A DNA stretch of 52,529 nt from contig CBDDBE010000001.1 of the NCBI GenBank assembly GCA_965225085.1, positions 323,641-376,169 on the forward strand, given 5' to 3'. Positions 1 through 10,312 of the stretch are shown piece by piece (positions within the stretch are counted from its first letter, which is position 1; every line of letters starts with the position of its first letter). The notes under the pieces are model-generated. The model worked only from the letters and a program-made list of their open reading frames with translations, did no database searches and was not told where the DNA came from. The stretch is from an uncultured Candidatus Saccharibacteria bacterium (GTDB lineage Bacteria > Patescibacteriota > Saccharimonadia > Saccharimonadales > EFPC-124). The position numbers and the translations under genes are program-made.

Positions 1-2
1 CG

Positions 3-248
3 CTCAACGTCCGCACTATCATCACCAACATCGGCTCTGGCACGTGCACCGCGACACTCACCAAGACCGGACAGCCAACGGTCACCAAAACCTTCCCTGT
101 CGGCGCGCAGGGAACCTACACGACGTGCGCTCAAGCCGACATTGCGGCGTCGGAATTTAGCGTTAGCGGCGACTGGGCGCTGGCTATCAGCGTCACGGGC
201 GACGGGCACACTGCAACTACAACGGGGAGTGTCACAATCACAAAATGA
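3..248 (+). CDS. Partial CDS (C-terminus), Thr-rich beta-strand/Ig-like hypothetical protein
   Basis: Frame 3 is open from the window edge (LNVRTIITNIGSGTC...GSVTITK*). Its TGA at 246-248 overlaps the next ATG (ATGA). Confidence 0.7.
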   Translation, partial: LNVRTIITNIGSGTCTATLTKTGQPTVTKTFPVGAQGTYTTCAQADIAASEFSVSGDWALAISVTGDGHTATTTGSVTITK

Positions 249-1936
249 AATCCATAGTTCGCACGCCCCGATTCAAGGCCATCCTCCTCATGGCGAGTAC
301 CGTGGGGCTCCTTGCGTGTTTTGCCAGTTCGGCCTCGGCCCTGGTCGGAAGCGATTTCCATGCCGGACATATCATTGACGACACGATTTTCCAAAATAAA
401 GATTCAATGACCGTCGGCCAAATACAGGACTTCCTCAACTCCAAAATGCCAAACTGCGACAATTGGGGCACACAAAGTTACAGCGGCACAACTCGCCACG
501 ATTACTCCGAATCGCACGGCGTCAAATTCCCCCTAGTCTGCTTAAGGGACTACTACGAAAACCCCACCACCCACGCCAACAATCTGACCGTCACTGATGG
601 CCAGGCAGCGCCGATCCCCAGCGGCGCTCAAAGCGCTGCCCAGATCATCTACAACGCTGCCCAGACCTACAACATCAATCCGCAGGTGCTGATCGTACTC
701 CTCCAGAAAGAGCAAGGCTTGGTGCTGGACGACTGGCCATGGCCTATCCAATACCAGGGTGCAACCGGCTATGGCTGCCCAGACCATGCCGATTGTAACG
801 CCAATTACTATGGGTTTTATAACCAAGTCAGCGACGCTGCCTGGCAGTTCCGCCACTATTACGGTAGCCCAAACTCGTTCAACTACGTGACCGGGAACAA
901 CTACGTGCTATGGAACCCTAACACCAGCTGCGGTGGCTCGACTGTCAACATCCAGAATGAGGCGACTGCCATTCTGTACAATTACACACCCTATCAGCCG
1001 AATGCCACAGCACTCGGCAACCTGTACGGGCCAGGCGATAGTTGTAGCAGCTACGGAAACCGAAACTTCTGGCGATACTTCACCGACTGGTTCGGGTCGC
1101 CAACAGCCGGGCCGTTTGAATGGCAGCCCGAGCGACTCATCATCACCGACGAGAATAAAAACGTCGAGATGCCTACCGACTATCTGCACAAAGGTGAGCG
1201 CCTATTTGTGACACTGACTGGCGAAAACACCGGCAGCGAAATATGGTACCGCGACGGCGTCAACCCCGTTAGGCTCGGCACCTGGAGCCCACACGACTAC
1301 ACCAGCCAATACTGCGACGTTGCGTGGCTGCCACTCAGCCAATCGTGCAACCGTGCGGCTACGACCAACGAATCGCAGGTTAATCCTGGCGGTACGTTCA
1401 CCTTCCAGTTCTACATCCACGCGCCTAATCAGGGTGGACAATTCCATGAATCGTACGCACCAGTTCTCGAAAATCGCGCCTGGATGACCAACAACACCGG
1501 CTTCAACGTCTACGTCAACAGTGGCGACTTCTACAATTGGCAATGGATGTATTTCAATGCCTACACCGACTCTACCAAAACCACGCCGGTTAGTATGGAT
1601 AACCTTGCTCGAGGCCAAAAGGTCTACATCGAGCTAAAGGTCGTCAACCGCAGCGCCACCGTCTGGACCAATTCCGGACCCAACCCAACCAGACTGGGAA
1701 CTCAAAACCCGCAAGATCACAACTCGTTCATCTACGATCCGACATGGCTAGCCACCAACCGACCGGCCAGCATCAGTGAAAGTCAGGTCAACCCCGGCGG
1801 TATTGGCACATTTGCCTTCACTATAGATGTGCCAAACCAGACCGGCGAGTACCGCGAATACCTCAAGCCCCTCATCGAATCAAAAGGTTGGATGTCAGAC
1901 AACCCCAACCACATCTACATGAAGGTAACGCACTAG
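245..1936 (+). CDS. Secreted protein: lysozyme-like putative peptidoglycan hydrolase domain plus two NBR1-type Ig-like repeats
   Basis: Signal peptide (ASA-L). Motifs INPQVLIVLLQKEQGL, GYGCPD, LYNYTPY and YGNRNFW. Two C-terminal repeats sharing RLGT..PxD and ESQVNPGG..F.F.I..PNQ.G. Confidence 0.7.
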   Translation: MKSIVRTPRFKAILLMASTVGLLACFASSASALVGSDFHAGHIIDDTIFQNKDSMTVGQIQDFLNSKMPNCDNWGTQSYSGTTRHDYSESHGVKFPLVCLRDYYENPTTHANNLTVTDGQAAPIPSGAQSAAQIIYNAAQTYNINPQVLIVLLQKEQGLVLDDWPWPIQYQGATGYGCPDHADCNANYYGFYNQVSDAAWQFRHYYGSPNSFNYVTGNNYVLWNPNTSCGGSTVNIQNEATAILYNYTPYQPNATALGNLYGPGDSCSSYGNRNFWRYFTDWFGSPTAGPFEWQPERLIITDENKNVEMPTDYLHKGERLFVTLTGENTGSEIWYRDGVNPVRLGTWSPHDYTSQYCDVAWLPLSQSCNRAATTNESQVNPGGTFTFQFYIHAPNQGGQFHESYAPVLENRAWMTNNTGFNVYVNSGDFYNWQWMYFNAYTDSTKTTPVSMDNLARGQKVYIELKVVNRSATVWTNSGPNPTRLGTQNPQDHNSFIYDPTWLATNRPASISESQVNPGGIGTFAFTIDVPNQTGEYREYLKPLIESKGWMSDNPNHIYMKVTH

Positions 1937-3564
1937 TTTAGGCAATACGCGCCGTAGGCAAATTCCTGCAGTCTAGCCCTGCAGCTGGCTGGTGGTCGCA
2001 ATATAAGCTCTCGATTATCATCCCGCAGGTAGATGCGGAGCTCGTATGGTGCTGGCTCGTGCGTCGCAGTCTGCGCCTCGAGCGTGCAATCCTTGGTACG
2101 GCGCGAGGTCCGGATCGAATTAGAAATCTTGCCCTCACGTGCGGCTATCTGATACAGCTCTTGGCTGGCGGCCCATTGGCCACTCAGCGGCGTTGAGCGA
2201 TAGTCGAACATGCATGAATACGACGGAAATACCTGTACCACCCTAGCCGGCTGCATGGTCGCATGCCACTGCGCCTCATTCAGGACCGTCGGCTGCCCCT
2301 GGCGAGCGCTCGCGTACACATTCCCGACAAAGTAACTCGTATCCAAAACCTGCACCAACAGTGCTACGACGACCAACCACAGCGCGACTGGCGAACGATG
2401 CCGAACCAGCAGTACGACGGACCCAAGCATTGCCACGTAGTAAACAGGTACAATAAACCGCTTGCTTGCCCGAAACAGCTCAGCAATCCCCAAAACCCCA
2501 GACGGCAAAGGAATGTGCGAAACAGAGTGGCCATGTATGTACAGCGTGTTCGAAAGTGCAAAGGCCAGGAATAACACGCACAGTGATACGAGCGGCCAAT
2601 ATCGTTTCAGCAAGTCCTTTTTTTGCGTTAGTAGCACCCAAGCGCCGCCAGCTATAAGAATCCAAAAACCCCACCCCAGGTACGTTCCAATCTCGTCCAC
2701 CGAATACGTGCGATCGAATAGCGCCGTCGGATCCAGCGCGAATGCAGATGACGTGCCATACAGTCGCTCTTGATACCCCGTGGCCGGATGCTCCGCATAG
2801 CCAGCTACGATCGCCAGGATGGCAACCACGGCAACGAAGCCGGCCAGCCATAGTGCGGCAGCTCGCAAGGTCATTGCCCTGCGCGCCACCAACGCTACTA
2901 TCGTGACGCCAAAAAGCGCCGCGCTCATAACAAAAATATACGGATGAATAAGAAGGGACGCTGTGACCATCCCGCCAAAAAGCGCCAGCTCCCGCGCGTC
3001 CATTCGCCTGCGCAAACGAGCATAAAACCCAATACTCAGGATAACCACAAACTGCGCATAAAACGATTCGAATTGAATGTTGTACAACGTCGTAAAACAC
3101 GCAAATACCACCGCAACGCCAGCAGACAGCCAGCTGCGAATGCCAAACTGCCACAACGTCCACGCCAATGCTAGCGCGTTGAGCACCACGGCTACTGCCA
3201 CAAAGAGCCCAAAATACTGCACATTGCCTAGCAGCCCCACGCCCACCAATTTCGCCACCAAAGCCACCAGCGGGATACTGTCGGTCAAAATAATAGATGT
3301 GCCATCGGGATAACCCATGCGCATCGTATCAAATAACGGAAGTCGCCAACTATCGTCCTTGTAAAATAGCCACCCACTAACATGTGTACCGGCGTCATAC
3401 AGCGGATGATGCCAGTAATCGCCCTGACCACTTATAAAATCCCAACCAAACACCACAATTGCAAACAGCGCCGCCAGCCCCCCAACCACCCCGAAAACCA
3501 GCGCAGGCCGCCGCTGCACCGTCAGGAAATGATATACCCTCTGCACTAAACGGCCGCTCACCAT
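1933..3564 (-). CDS. Polytopic membrane protein, probable GT-C-fold glycosyltransferase (DUF6311-like)
   Basis: About 12 hydrophobic segments. Loop motif W..Y..D.W.LPL...GYPDGTSIILTDSIPL. Lies next to GT2/GtrA genes. ATG 3564 preferred as start. Confidence 0.65.
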   Translation of the reverse strand: MVSGRLVQRVYHFLTVQRRPALVFGVVGGLAALFAIVVFGWDFISGQGDYWHHPLYDAGTHVSGWLFYKDDSWRLPLFDTMRMGYPDGTSIILTDSIPLVALVAKLVGVGLLGNVQYFGLFVAVAVVLNALALAWTLWQFGIRSWLSAGVAVVFACFTTLYNIQFESFYAQFVVILSIGFYARLRRRMDARELALFGGMVTASLLIHPYIFVMSAALFGVTIVALVARRAMTLRAAALWLAGFVAVVAILAIVAGYAEHPATGYQERLYGTSSAFALDPTALFDRTYSVDEIGTYLGWGFWILIAGGAWVLLTQKKDLLKRYWPLVSLCVLFLAFALSNTLYIHGHSVSHIPLPSGVLGIAELFRASKRFIVPVYYVAMLGSVVLLVRHRSPVALWLVVVALLVQVLDTSYFVGNVYASARQGQPTVLNEAQWHATMQPARVVQVFPSYSCMFDYRSTPLSGQWAASQELYQIAAREGKISNSIRTSRRTKDCTLEAQTATHEPAPYELRIYLRDDNRELILRPPASCRARLQEFAYGAYCLN

Positions 3565-3622
3565 ACCTGTCCCCAATTAAAACTGCTATGATTAATACTA
3601 TCAAACCTGAAGGGGAAATGCC

Positions 3623-5101
3623 GTGCGGAGCGCCAAACCGCCAGATTATCTGCTGACCTGGATTCTACCCGGTTTGGTTATTGCTATCTTTGTCATTTTG
3701 GACCTTACGAACGGCAACCCTGCAACCTTCTTTAGTACTGGGGCTTGGGGCAGCTTGCTATATGCCAACTCGCTGGATCATTTGCTGCACGGGAATCTGT
3801 GGGTAGATCCCCAGTTCGCACCCGGAGAGTACTTCCTTGCAGGCCAGCACACTGTTGTATATTTTGGCATCATGCCCATCGTTCTGCGGGCGATAGTCGG
3901 GCTCTTTTTCCCAGATATATATGGCTACGGGCTGGCTAATTTATCCATGCTGGTTGCCGTCCTACTAGGGCTGGGATCAGTCTGGTACACCATTCGCCGC
4001 ATTGTACATAAGAGGTCTATGGTCGTGCTGGGCAGCTGCGTGGTGCTGGCGATATTGTTCGCTAGCCCGCTCAGCTACTTGCTAGTCTGGGCGTGGACGT
4101 ACCACGAAATCATCATATGGGGGCTGACATGGGCTTTGGTCTTTACCTCGCTGTATGCTCTATGGATTTTCGATCGCCAGCAATTCCGCCGATGGCACAG
4201 CCTGCTTATGGGTGCGTCGGTTGGTATGGCGATGCTCAGCAGACCGACGATGGGCCTGACCCTGGTACTTCCGTATGCTTTCCTGGTTGTGCGGACATTC
4301 ATGGCACCCAGAAGCACGCGTGATGTGCGTGACATTGGGCTGATTCTGCCTGGCGTAATTGCCTGCGGCGTGCTAGCTATTGCGGTGCTGGCAGTCAATA
4401 CAGAGCGCTGGGGTAGCCCATTCACCTTTGTCCGAATTGGCCAGAATGTTCAGTTCGTTCAATTGTACCCCGATCGCCGTGCCGCCATTGCCCGTGCGGG
4501 GGAGTTCAATGTCGATCGGCTGCCGACGTCGCTGTATTATTATCTGGTTCCATCAGCCGACAACCTAAGCCGTCGCTTTCCGTTCGTTACCCCAGATCGC
4601 GAGCTGCCTTTCGCCGCGCAGGCTCCGCAATATGATTACATCGAGGGGTCACGAGTGCCGCTGCCGCTGAGCATGACGTTTTTGCTGCTGCTTGCTGTGA
4701 TGGGCGCGTACAATCTTCGACGCTTCAAGAGGCATGAACGATCGTACATGTGGTGGTTCCTCGGTGGAGCGGGGCTGACGGCAACCGCACTCCTCACGGT
4801 GTATGCCGTGGCGCTGCGCTACTCGGCCGAATTTATACCGTCGGTAGTCTTCATGGCGCTGATGTATATCATCGCGCTCGACCGCAGGGCCAGACCGCCG
4901 CCGAAACGCCTCTGGATAATCCTGGTGATCACTGGTTGCGTATCACTCTACATGACAACCGTAACAGCTATTGCCTACAAGCAATTTGTATGGGACGTCC
5001 CACCCGTAAACCGCGCCGCCGCACAGCACTTATTGAACTACTCCCCCGCGCCTACCGAAACCAAACACGTCATAAATGGCCAACGTTACCCTGTCTATTA
5101 G
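3623..5101 (+). CDS. Polytopic membrane protein, probable GT-C-fold glycosyltransferase
   Basis: Multiple TM helices, with YFG..P, YHE, SRP and RY motifs. Glycan-locus context. Confidence 0.6.
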   Translation: MRSAKPPDYLLTWILPGLVIAIFVILDLTNGNPATFFSTGAWGSLLYANSLDHLLHGNLWVDPQFAPGEYFLAGQHTVVYFGIMPIVLRAIVGLFFPDIYGYGLANLSMLVAVLLGLGSVWYTIRRIVHKRSMVVLGSCVVLAILFASPLSYLLVWAWTYHEIIIWGLTWALVFTSLYALWIFDRQQFRRWHSLLMGASVGMAMLSRPTMGLTLVLPYAFLVVRTFMAPRSTRDVRDIGLILPGVIACGVLAIAVLAVNTERWGSPFTFVRIGQNVQFVQLYPDRRAAIARAGEFNVDRLPTSLYYYLVPSADNLSRRFPFVTPDRELPFAAQAPQYDYIEGSRVPLPLSMTFLLLLAVMGAYNLRRFKRHERSYMWWFLGGAGLTATALLTVYAVALRYSAEFIPSVVFMALMYIIALDRRARPPPKRLWIILVITGCVSLYMTTVTAIAYKQFVWDVPPVNRAAAQHLLNYSPAPTETKHVINGQRYPVY

Positions 5102-5142
5102 CTGCTACATCAGGTACTATAAGAAAAACAAGGATTACCGTC

Positions 5143-5880
5143 TTGAACACAACCGAATATGCCATCATGGCTGAACGTGAACAGACGTATTGGTGGCATC
5201 TGGGACGGCTAAGGATTATCCAGACATACCTACGCGCTGCAAAAGGCAAAAAGCAAAACATCCGCATCCTGAATGTCGGCTGCGGCACTGGCGGCACGAT
5301 CGATATGCTGATGCAGGAAGGCCAGACCGACAACGTCGATACCTCTGACGAGGCAATAAACTTCATGACCAAACGTGGCTACGGCAATATTACCAAGGCC
5401 GAAGGAGTTACGCTGCCGTTCAAAGACCGAACTTTCGACATCGTCGGTGCGTTTGACGTGCTAGAACATATCGAGGAGCACATCGAGGCATTGCAGGAAT
5501 GGAAACGTGTCATCCGCGATGACGGTGCTATTCTGATCACCGTGCCCGCCTATCAATGGTTATGGAGCGCCCACGACGTATCGCTGCATCACAAACGCCG
5601 ATACACTATCTCCAGCCTGACCGCCGCAGCAAAACAGGCCGGTCTGCGCGTCGACAAACGTTCGTACGCCATCACCTTCTCGCTGCCGCTCATCGTCGGA
5701 TTCCGACTGCTGGGCAAGCTTCTCCGCAGCCAAACCACCTCAGAAACCTCGTATGTAGATGTCCCAACCTGGGTTAATTCGCTCTTCACGCGCATACTGT
5801 ACGGCGAAGCCAAGCTCCATACCGTTGCGAGCCTACCAGCCGGCACATCTGTAATTGCTATTCTGCGCAAACCTCGCTAG
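5143..5880 (+). CDS. Class I SAM-dependent methyltransferase
   Basis: ILNVGCGTG, FDVLEHI and VPAYQWLWSAHD motifs. TTG start at 5143 after AAGGA. The longer 4750 start overlaps the upstream gene. Confidence 0.9.
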   Translation: MNTTEYAIMAEREQTYWWHLGRLRIIQTYLRAAKGKKQNIRILNVGCGTGGTIDMLMQEGQTDNVDTSDEAINFMTKRGYGNITKAEGVTLPFKDRTFDIVGAFDVLEHIEEHIEALQEWKRVIRDDGAILITVPAYQWLWSAHDVSLHHKRRYTISSLTAAAKQAGLRVDKRSYAITFSLPLIVGFRLLGKLLRSQTTSETSYVDVPTWVNSLFTRILYGEAKLHTVASLPAGTSVIAILRKPR

Positions 5881-5883
5881 TCT

Positions 5884-6627
5884 ATGCCAGTCGCCCGCCC
5901 CGACCTCACTATTGTTATACCAGCCTACCGCGAGGCGCATCGGATTGGCGATACATTGCAGCAACTAGCAGTCTTCCTGCGGACCGACCCGCTGCTACGG
6001 ACAAAAGAGGTCGAGGTCATTGTGGTTGCAGCTGATGCGCCCGACCAGACCTTACAAGTCGCGCTCGATAATCGCTCGTTATTCAAAAACTTTCGCCTTC
6101 TCCGTCCCGGGCCAAAGCTGGGCAAGGGCCGCGACGTCCAGTACGGCATGCTACGCGGTCGCGGTCGCGCGGTCATGTTCATGGATGCCGATCTTGCTAC
6201 GCCGCTCAAATACATCCCCATCTTCTATCAGCACCACCTTGACGGCCACAGCCTGGTCGTGGCAACCCGCAATCTGCATCGACATCACCCGAACTTTTGG
6301 CGCAGAACACTATCGAACTGCGGCAATTTGCTGTTCCGAGTGGCAAGCGGCATCTGGATCGAGGATTCGCAGTGCGGCTTCAAACTCTTCTCGCACGCAG
6401 CAGCCCAAACGTGCTTTTCGCGCCTGACCCTGATGGGCTGGGGATTTGACATGGAGGTACTGGCCATTGCCAAAGCACATAACTTTTCAGCCATCACCCA
6501 TCGAATTGACGACTGGCGCTCAGTCCCAGAGGGCACGTTCAACGAAGGAATGCTGGGGAATTCGCTCAAGTCTCTGGGCGAGTTGGGTTATTTGTGCTGG
6601 AACCGTATTCGGCGCGCCTACAAATAA
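5884..6627 (+). CDS. GT2 glycosyltransferase, polyprenol-phosphate glycosyltransferase (DPG synthase-like)
   Basis: IVIPAYRE, GKG, FMDADLATP, DSQCGFKLF and WGFDME motifs. Confidence 0.9.
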   Translation: MPVARPDLTIVIPAYREAHRIGDTLQQLAVFLRTDPLLRTKEVEVIVVAADAPDQTLQVALDNRSLFKNFRLLRPGPKLGKGRDVQYGMLRGRGRAVMFMDADLATPLKYIPIFYQHHLDGHSLVVATRNLHRHHPNFWRRTLSNCGNLLFRVASGIWIEDSQCGFKLFSHAAAQTCFSRLTLMGWGFDMEVLAIAKAHNFSAITHRIDDWRSVPEGTFNEGMLGNSLKSLGELGYLCWNRIRRAYK

Positions 6628-7097
6628 TCCTCGTCAGGCGTTCCGGCATCGCCGACAGTCGCCTGAAATACCCACATCTTGTACAGCACAAAATTCCAAA
6701 TAGCGCTTCCACCGACCCCAACGGCCTTGGCTGCGTTGGCCTGCACGATATGATTCGCCAAAAGTCCAGCCGGGATATGCATCCCTTCGATCACACCCAG
6801 GACCGCAAACAAAATGACATTCTGGATAACATACAGCCCGCTAAGAGTCACCGCCATAAACTTCACGGCCTGGCTGATATAGCCCTCCGTCGTGGCGCCG
6901 AATACGTATTTCCTGTTCAACTGAAGGCTCAGCCCCATCACCAAGCTCACCGCGCACACGTTCGCCAAAAATAGCGGAACGTTTAAAAACCCGAACAAAA
7001 TATTAAACACAATAAAATCAGCTACCGTGTTCAGCACGCCAACCACCGCAAATGAAATAAACTGCTTGCGATTTTTCTTTGATAAAACCTTGCCCAC
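6618..7097 (-). CDS. GtrA-family lipid-linked sugar flippase
   Basis: FAVVGVLNT..D, LNRKYVF and WNFVLYKMWVF motifs; four TM segments. GTG 7097 just after the upstream stop. Confidence 0.85.
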   Translation of the reverse strand: MGKVLSKKNRKQFISFAVVGVLNTVADFIVFNILFGFLNVPLFLANVCAVSLVMGLSLQLNRKYVFGATTEGYISQAVKFMAVTLSGLYVIQNVILFAVLGVIEGMHIPAGLLANHIVQANAAKAVGVGGSAIWNFVLYKMWVFQATVGDAGTPDEDYL

Positions 7098-7098
7098 G

Positions 7099-7530
7099 CT
7101 ACGCCCGGTACATTGCTTTCCGGCCGACAAAGTTCCACATGTACACCACTACCGTCGCCAGGCACTTGGCGATCAGATACTGCACACCCAGCAGGGATAC
7201 CAACACCCACATGCTGGCGCTGAGCAGACCCAGACCCACCAAGCCAACCGCGCCAAACAGCAAAAACTCAATCACACGCGAATCTATTTTGGAATCCTTA
7301 AACACGTATTTGCTACTGAGGACGTAATTCACAATCAGCCCAGCCACAAACCCGCCAGCCGCCGCCGTCAGATAAAACACATGCAGCCCGTCGTGCAGCA
7401 ACACCAGCGTGCCAAAGTCGACAACCAGCCCGACCATCGCCACTACAAAATACTTCGCAAATTGATTCGCGATCACGGAATTGTCCCCGCCCATGTATTT
7501 TGCCAGCTTCTCCCGGGTAAAGTCGTACAT
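7099..7530 (-). CDS. GtrA-family lipid-linked sugar flippase
   Basis: QFAKYFVVA..G..VDFG, NYVLSSKYVF and AK.......WNF..RK motifs. Confidence 0.9.
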   Translation of the reverse strand: MYDFTREKLAKYMGGDNSVIANQFAKYFVVAMVGLVVDFGTLVLLHDGLHVFYLTAAAGGFVAGLIVNYVLSSKYVFKDSKIDSRVIEFLLFGAVGLVGLGLLSASMWVLVSLLGVQYLIAKCLATVVVYMWNFVGRKAMYRA

Positions 7531-7637
7531 GTCACTAGTCTAGTGCAGTGCCGGCCCGAATGCAAAAACGCGCCGCAAGACATAAGGATTACTTGCTAGA
7601 CGATCGTTTCGAAATGTAGCATAATTTATAGCAGGGT

Positions 7638-8744
7638 ATGAGGAGATATGACGTGGTTATTATTGGAGGGGGTTTCTTTGGCGGAAGTCTAGCGCTGCAT
7701 CTTAAGACGCCCAAAAATAACGTGTTAATCCTCGAAAAAGAAAACGACCTGATGACCCACGCCAGCTACAACAACCAAGCTCGCGTGCACGGCGGCTATC
7801 ACTATTCACGCAGCCTCCTGACCGCACTACGCTCCCGCGTCAACCTCACTGATTTTATGGAAGAATACGGCGACGTTGTCGACAAATCATTCGACAAATA
7901 CTACGCCATCAGCCGCGCTTTCTCGAAAGTTTCGGCACGACATTTCTACATGTTCTGCAAACGTATCGGTGCCGAGATCGAAAAGGCCCCAGCCGAAGCG
8001 CGCGCCCTGTTCGATAGCAATCTCATCGACGATGTCTTCAAGGTGCGCGAACATGCCTTTGACAGCCTGAAACTACGCGCCATACTACGCCGCAAATTAG
8101 ACGAAGCTGGCGTCGAAATTCGCTTCGGAGCCGAGGCCGAGTCCATCGCTCAGATTAGCAACGGTATCGACGTGACGCTCACCGACATCGCAACGGACAA
8201 CACATCCCACGTCCTGACGCCCAGGCTTTTCAACTGCGCATATTCACATATCAACAAGCTGCATCACGCTTCGAACTTGCCATACACCCCGCTGAAGCAC
8301 GAGCTGACCGAGATGGCGCTGGTAGACGTGCCAGATGAACTACGCCATGTGGGGATAACGGTGATGGATGGGCCTTTCTTCTCCATCATGCCCTTTCCGT
8401 CCCGCGGGCTGCATACACTGTCGCATGTTCGCTACACCCCACACGTCGAATGGCATGACCGTGCAGGTTCGTGGCGCAATGGTCACCAATTTCTGCTCGA
8501 TCATCTGCCGCAGACGGCCTTTCGCAAGATGGTCGCCGACGCCCAGCGCTACGTCCCAGCCATCGGCAGATCCGTCCATAAGGATTCGCTGTGGGAGGTC
8601 AAGACCGTCCTGACCGCCAGCGAGCATGACGACAGCCGGCCAATCCTTTTCTCACAGGATCACGGCGGCATTCCCGGCTACACCGTCGTGATGGGTGGTA
8701 AGATTGATAATATTCGTGATGTCCTGATGGAGGTGGATAGTTAA
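7638..8744 (+). CDS. FAD-dependent oxidoreductase (DAO-like)
   Basis: YDVVIIGGGFFG Rossmann motif, ASYNNQARVHGGYHY, and C-terminal GGKIDN. Confidence 0.9.
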   Translation: MRRYDVVIIGGGFFGGSLALHLKTPKNNVLILEKENDLMTHASYNNQARVHGGYHYSRSLLTALRSRVNLTDFMEEYGDVVDKSFDKYYAISRAFSKVSARHFYMFCKRIGAEIEKAPAEARALFDSNLIDDVFKVREHAFDSLKLRAILRRKLDEAGVEIRFGAEAESIAQISNGIDVTLTDIATDNTSHVLTPRLFNCAYSHINKLHHASNLPYTPLKHELTEMALVDVPDELRHVGITVMDGPFFSIMPFPSRGLHTLSHVRYTPHVEWHDRAGSWRNGHQFLLDHLPQTAFRKMVADAQRYVPAIGRSVHKDSLWEVKTVLTASEHDDSRPILFSQDHGGIPGYTVVMGGKIDNIRDVLMEVDS

Positions 8745-9730
8745 TGGCAAAACAAACAATCATCGATACATTCGTGTCAGTTGCAACAACGCTCGATACG
8801 GTAGATGAAACGACCAAAAAATTCCTGACTAGGACGCTTGGCATCCTCAAAAAAACCTACGCTAATTACGAGCTTATCATCGTGGCCAACGGCCTACCTG
8901 ACGACGTAGTCGAAAACATTGCCGAACTGCTCAAGAGGTATCCGTGTATCCGCATCATTCGCTTGTCGCGTAGCTACAACCAAGAAGTCGCAACCTTTGC
9001 AGCCATCGAATCAGCGATTGGCGACTACGTGGTGGTGGCATCTGCCCACAACGATCCGCCCAGCGCCATTCCAAAACTCGTCGATATCCTTCGGACCAAA
9101 AACGACATCGTGTTCGGCGTGAGCCTCGTGCCCCTGCCCTATCCCTTCCTGGCCAAACTCGGCCGAAAGTGGTTCTTCTGGTATAGCGGACACTTCCTAG
9201 AGGTCGACATCCCGCTCAATACAACGTACCTCATGGGCATGAACCGCCGAGCCATCAACGCACTCACGCAGATAAAGGGTCACCACCGACACATTCGGCA
9301 CATCAGCGCACAAGTTGGGTTCAAGACTGCAACCTACGAATACACCCCACAATTCGACTCCGGGTTTTCCAAACGCGGCTTTATCAAAAGCGCCAATCTG
9401 GCGCTCGAGATCGCCGTTAGCTATTCGCGCCATCCGCTGCGACTTCTCAGCAAAATCAGCTTGCTCGTCAGCGTCCTGAACGTCCTCGTGGCGCTCTACA
9501 CCGTCCTGACCTACGTCGCCCGCGATGGTCATGTGGCTGAGGGTTGGACCACCATGACGCTCGAGATGTCGGTGATGTTCTTCTTCGTCTTCCTCATGCT
9601 GGCCGTTCTGGCAGAATATATCGGTCAAATCCGCGAGGAAATGCGCGACCAGCCGCCGTACCACATTATGGAGGAGCTCACCAGCAATGTCCTCATCGCC
9701 GACGAGACTAGGCGGAATATAGCAAAATAG
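8744..9730 (+). CDS. GtrB/ArnC-like GT2 with two C-terminal TM helices; catalytic aspartates degenerate
   Basis: YELIIV, LSRSY, DPP, GWT and EYIG...PPY motifs. The DDGS and DxD positions are replaced by ANGL and SAH. Confidence 0.8.
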   Translation: MAKQTIIDTFVSVATTLDTVDETTKKFLTRTLGILKKTYANYELIIVANGLPDDVVENIAELLKRYPCIRIIRLSRSYNQEVATFAAIESAIGDYVVVASAHNDPPSAIPKLVDILRTKNDIVFGVSLVPLPYPFLAKLGRKWFFWYSGHFLEVDIPLNTTYLMGMNRRAINALTQIKGHHRHIRHISAQVGFKTATYEYTPQFDSGFSKRGFIKSANLALEIAVSYSRHPLRLLSKISLLVSVLNVLVALYTVLTYVARDGHVAEGWTTMTLEMSVMFFFVFLMLAVLAEYIGQIREEMRDQPPYHIMEELTSNVLIADETRRNIAK

Positions 9731-9786
9731 CAACGCTCAACAATTTATTGTATAATAATCAGACGGCTACTAGAGATGGAGTGACA

Positions 9787-10200
9787 ATGAGTCTCTCGTC
9801 AACGCTGGCAGCTTTCAGGGCTGCGCAGAATAGCATCAGGGTCGCCACCCTGAGAGGAGAGTGCCGGGCACTCGATGACCACCACGAAGGCTATCTGATC
9901 GTCGGAGTCTACCTTACCCGCTCAGGGCAGCTGGTGATGACCACCCGATATCGGTGCTACAGCATCACCTCTGGCCACTCGGTGCCTACGGCTCCTTCGC
10001 AGGCACAGTTCACAACCGATCAGGCCATTCACGAACTGATGGCCGCACATGGCGTTGAGCTGCCTGATCTGCAGCTGAAGCCAGCCCCGCCCGGCCTGCC
10101 GCGCAAGCTCAAGAAGGCAGTCCGCAAGCCCTTGTCGTCGTGTAGTCCTCACGAGAGACTTCGAGTCGCGCGCCTCGTCTACGCGATAAGGGCAGCCTAA
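9787..10200 (+). CDS. Hypothetical protein (cassette 1)
   Basis: TATAAT at 9751-9756, GGAG at 9778-9781, ATG at 9787, followed by a 13-bp hairpin. Confidence 0.7.
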   Translation: MSLSSTLAAFRAAQNSIRVATLRGECRALDDHHEGYLIVGVYLTRSGQLVMTTRYRCYSITSGHSVPTAPSQAQFTTDQAIHELMAAHGVELPDLQLKPAPPGLPRKLKKAVRKPLSSCSPHERLRVARLVYAIRAA

Positions 10201-10209
10201 AACAAGTAA

Positions 10210-10244
10210 CGGGCACTGGGTCCCACAGCGCGACCCAGTGCCCG
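10210..10244 (+). terminator. GC-rich 13-bp hairpin without adjacent U-tract
   Basis: Perfect stem CGGGCACTGGGTC / GACCCAGTGCCCG. Confidence 0.65.
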
Positions 10245-10312
10245 CCCAGCATACCTTTTGATATAATCTTCACGCTCATCTATACTAATAGCAATATCTT
10301 GAGGAGGGTAAC

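Noticed and set aside
4750-5142. N-terminal extension of the methyltransferase ORF
   Set aside because: It overlaps the upstream gene; TTG 5143 with an SD fits the family's N-terminus.
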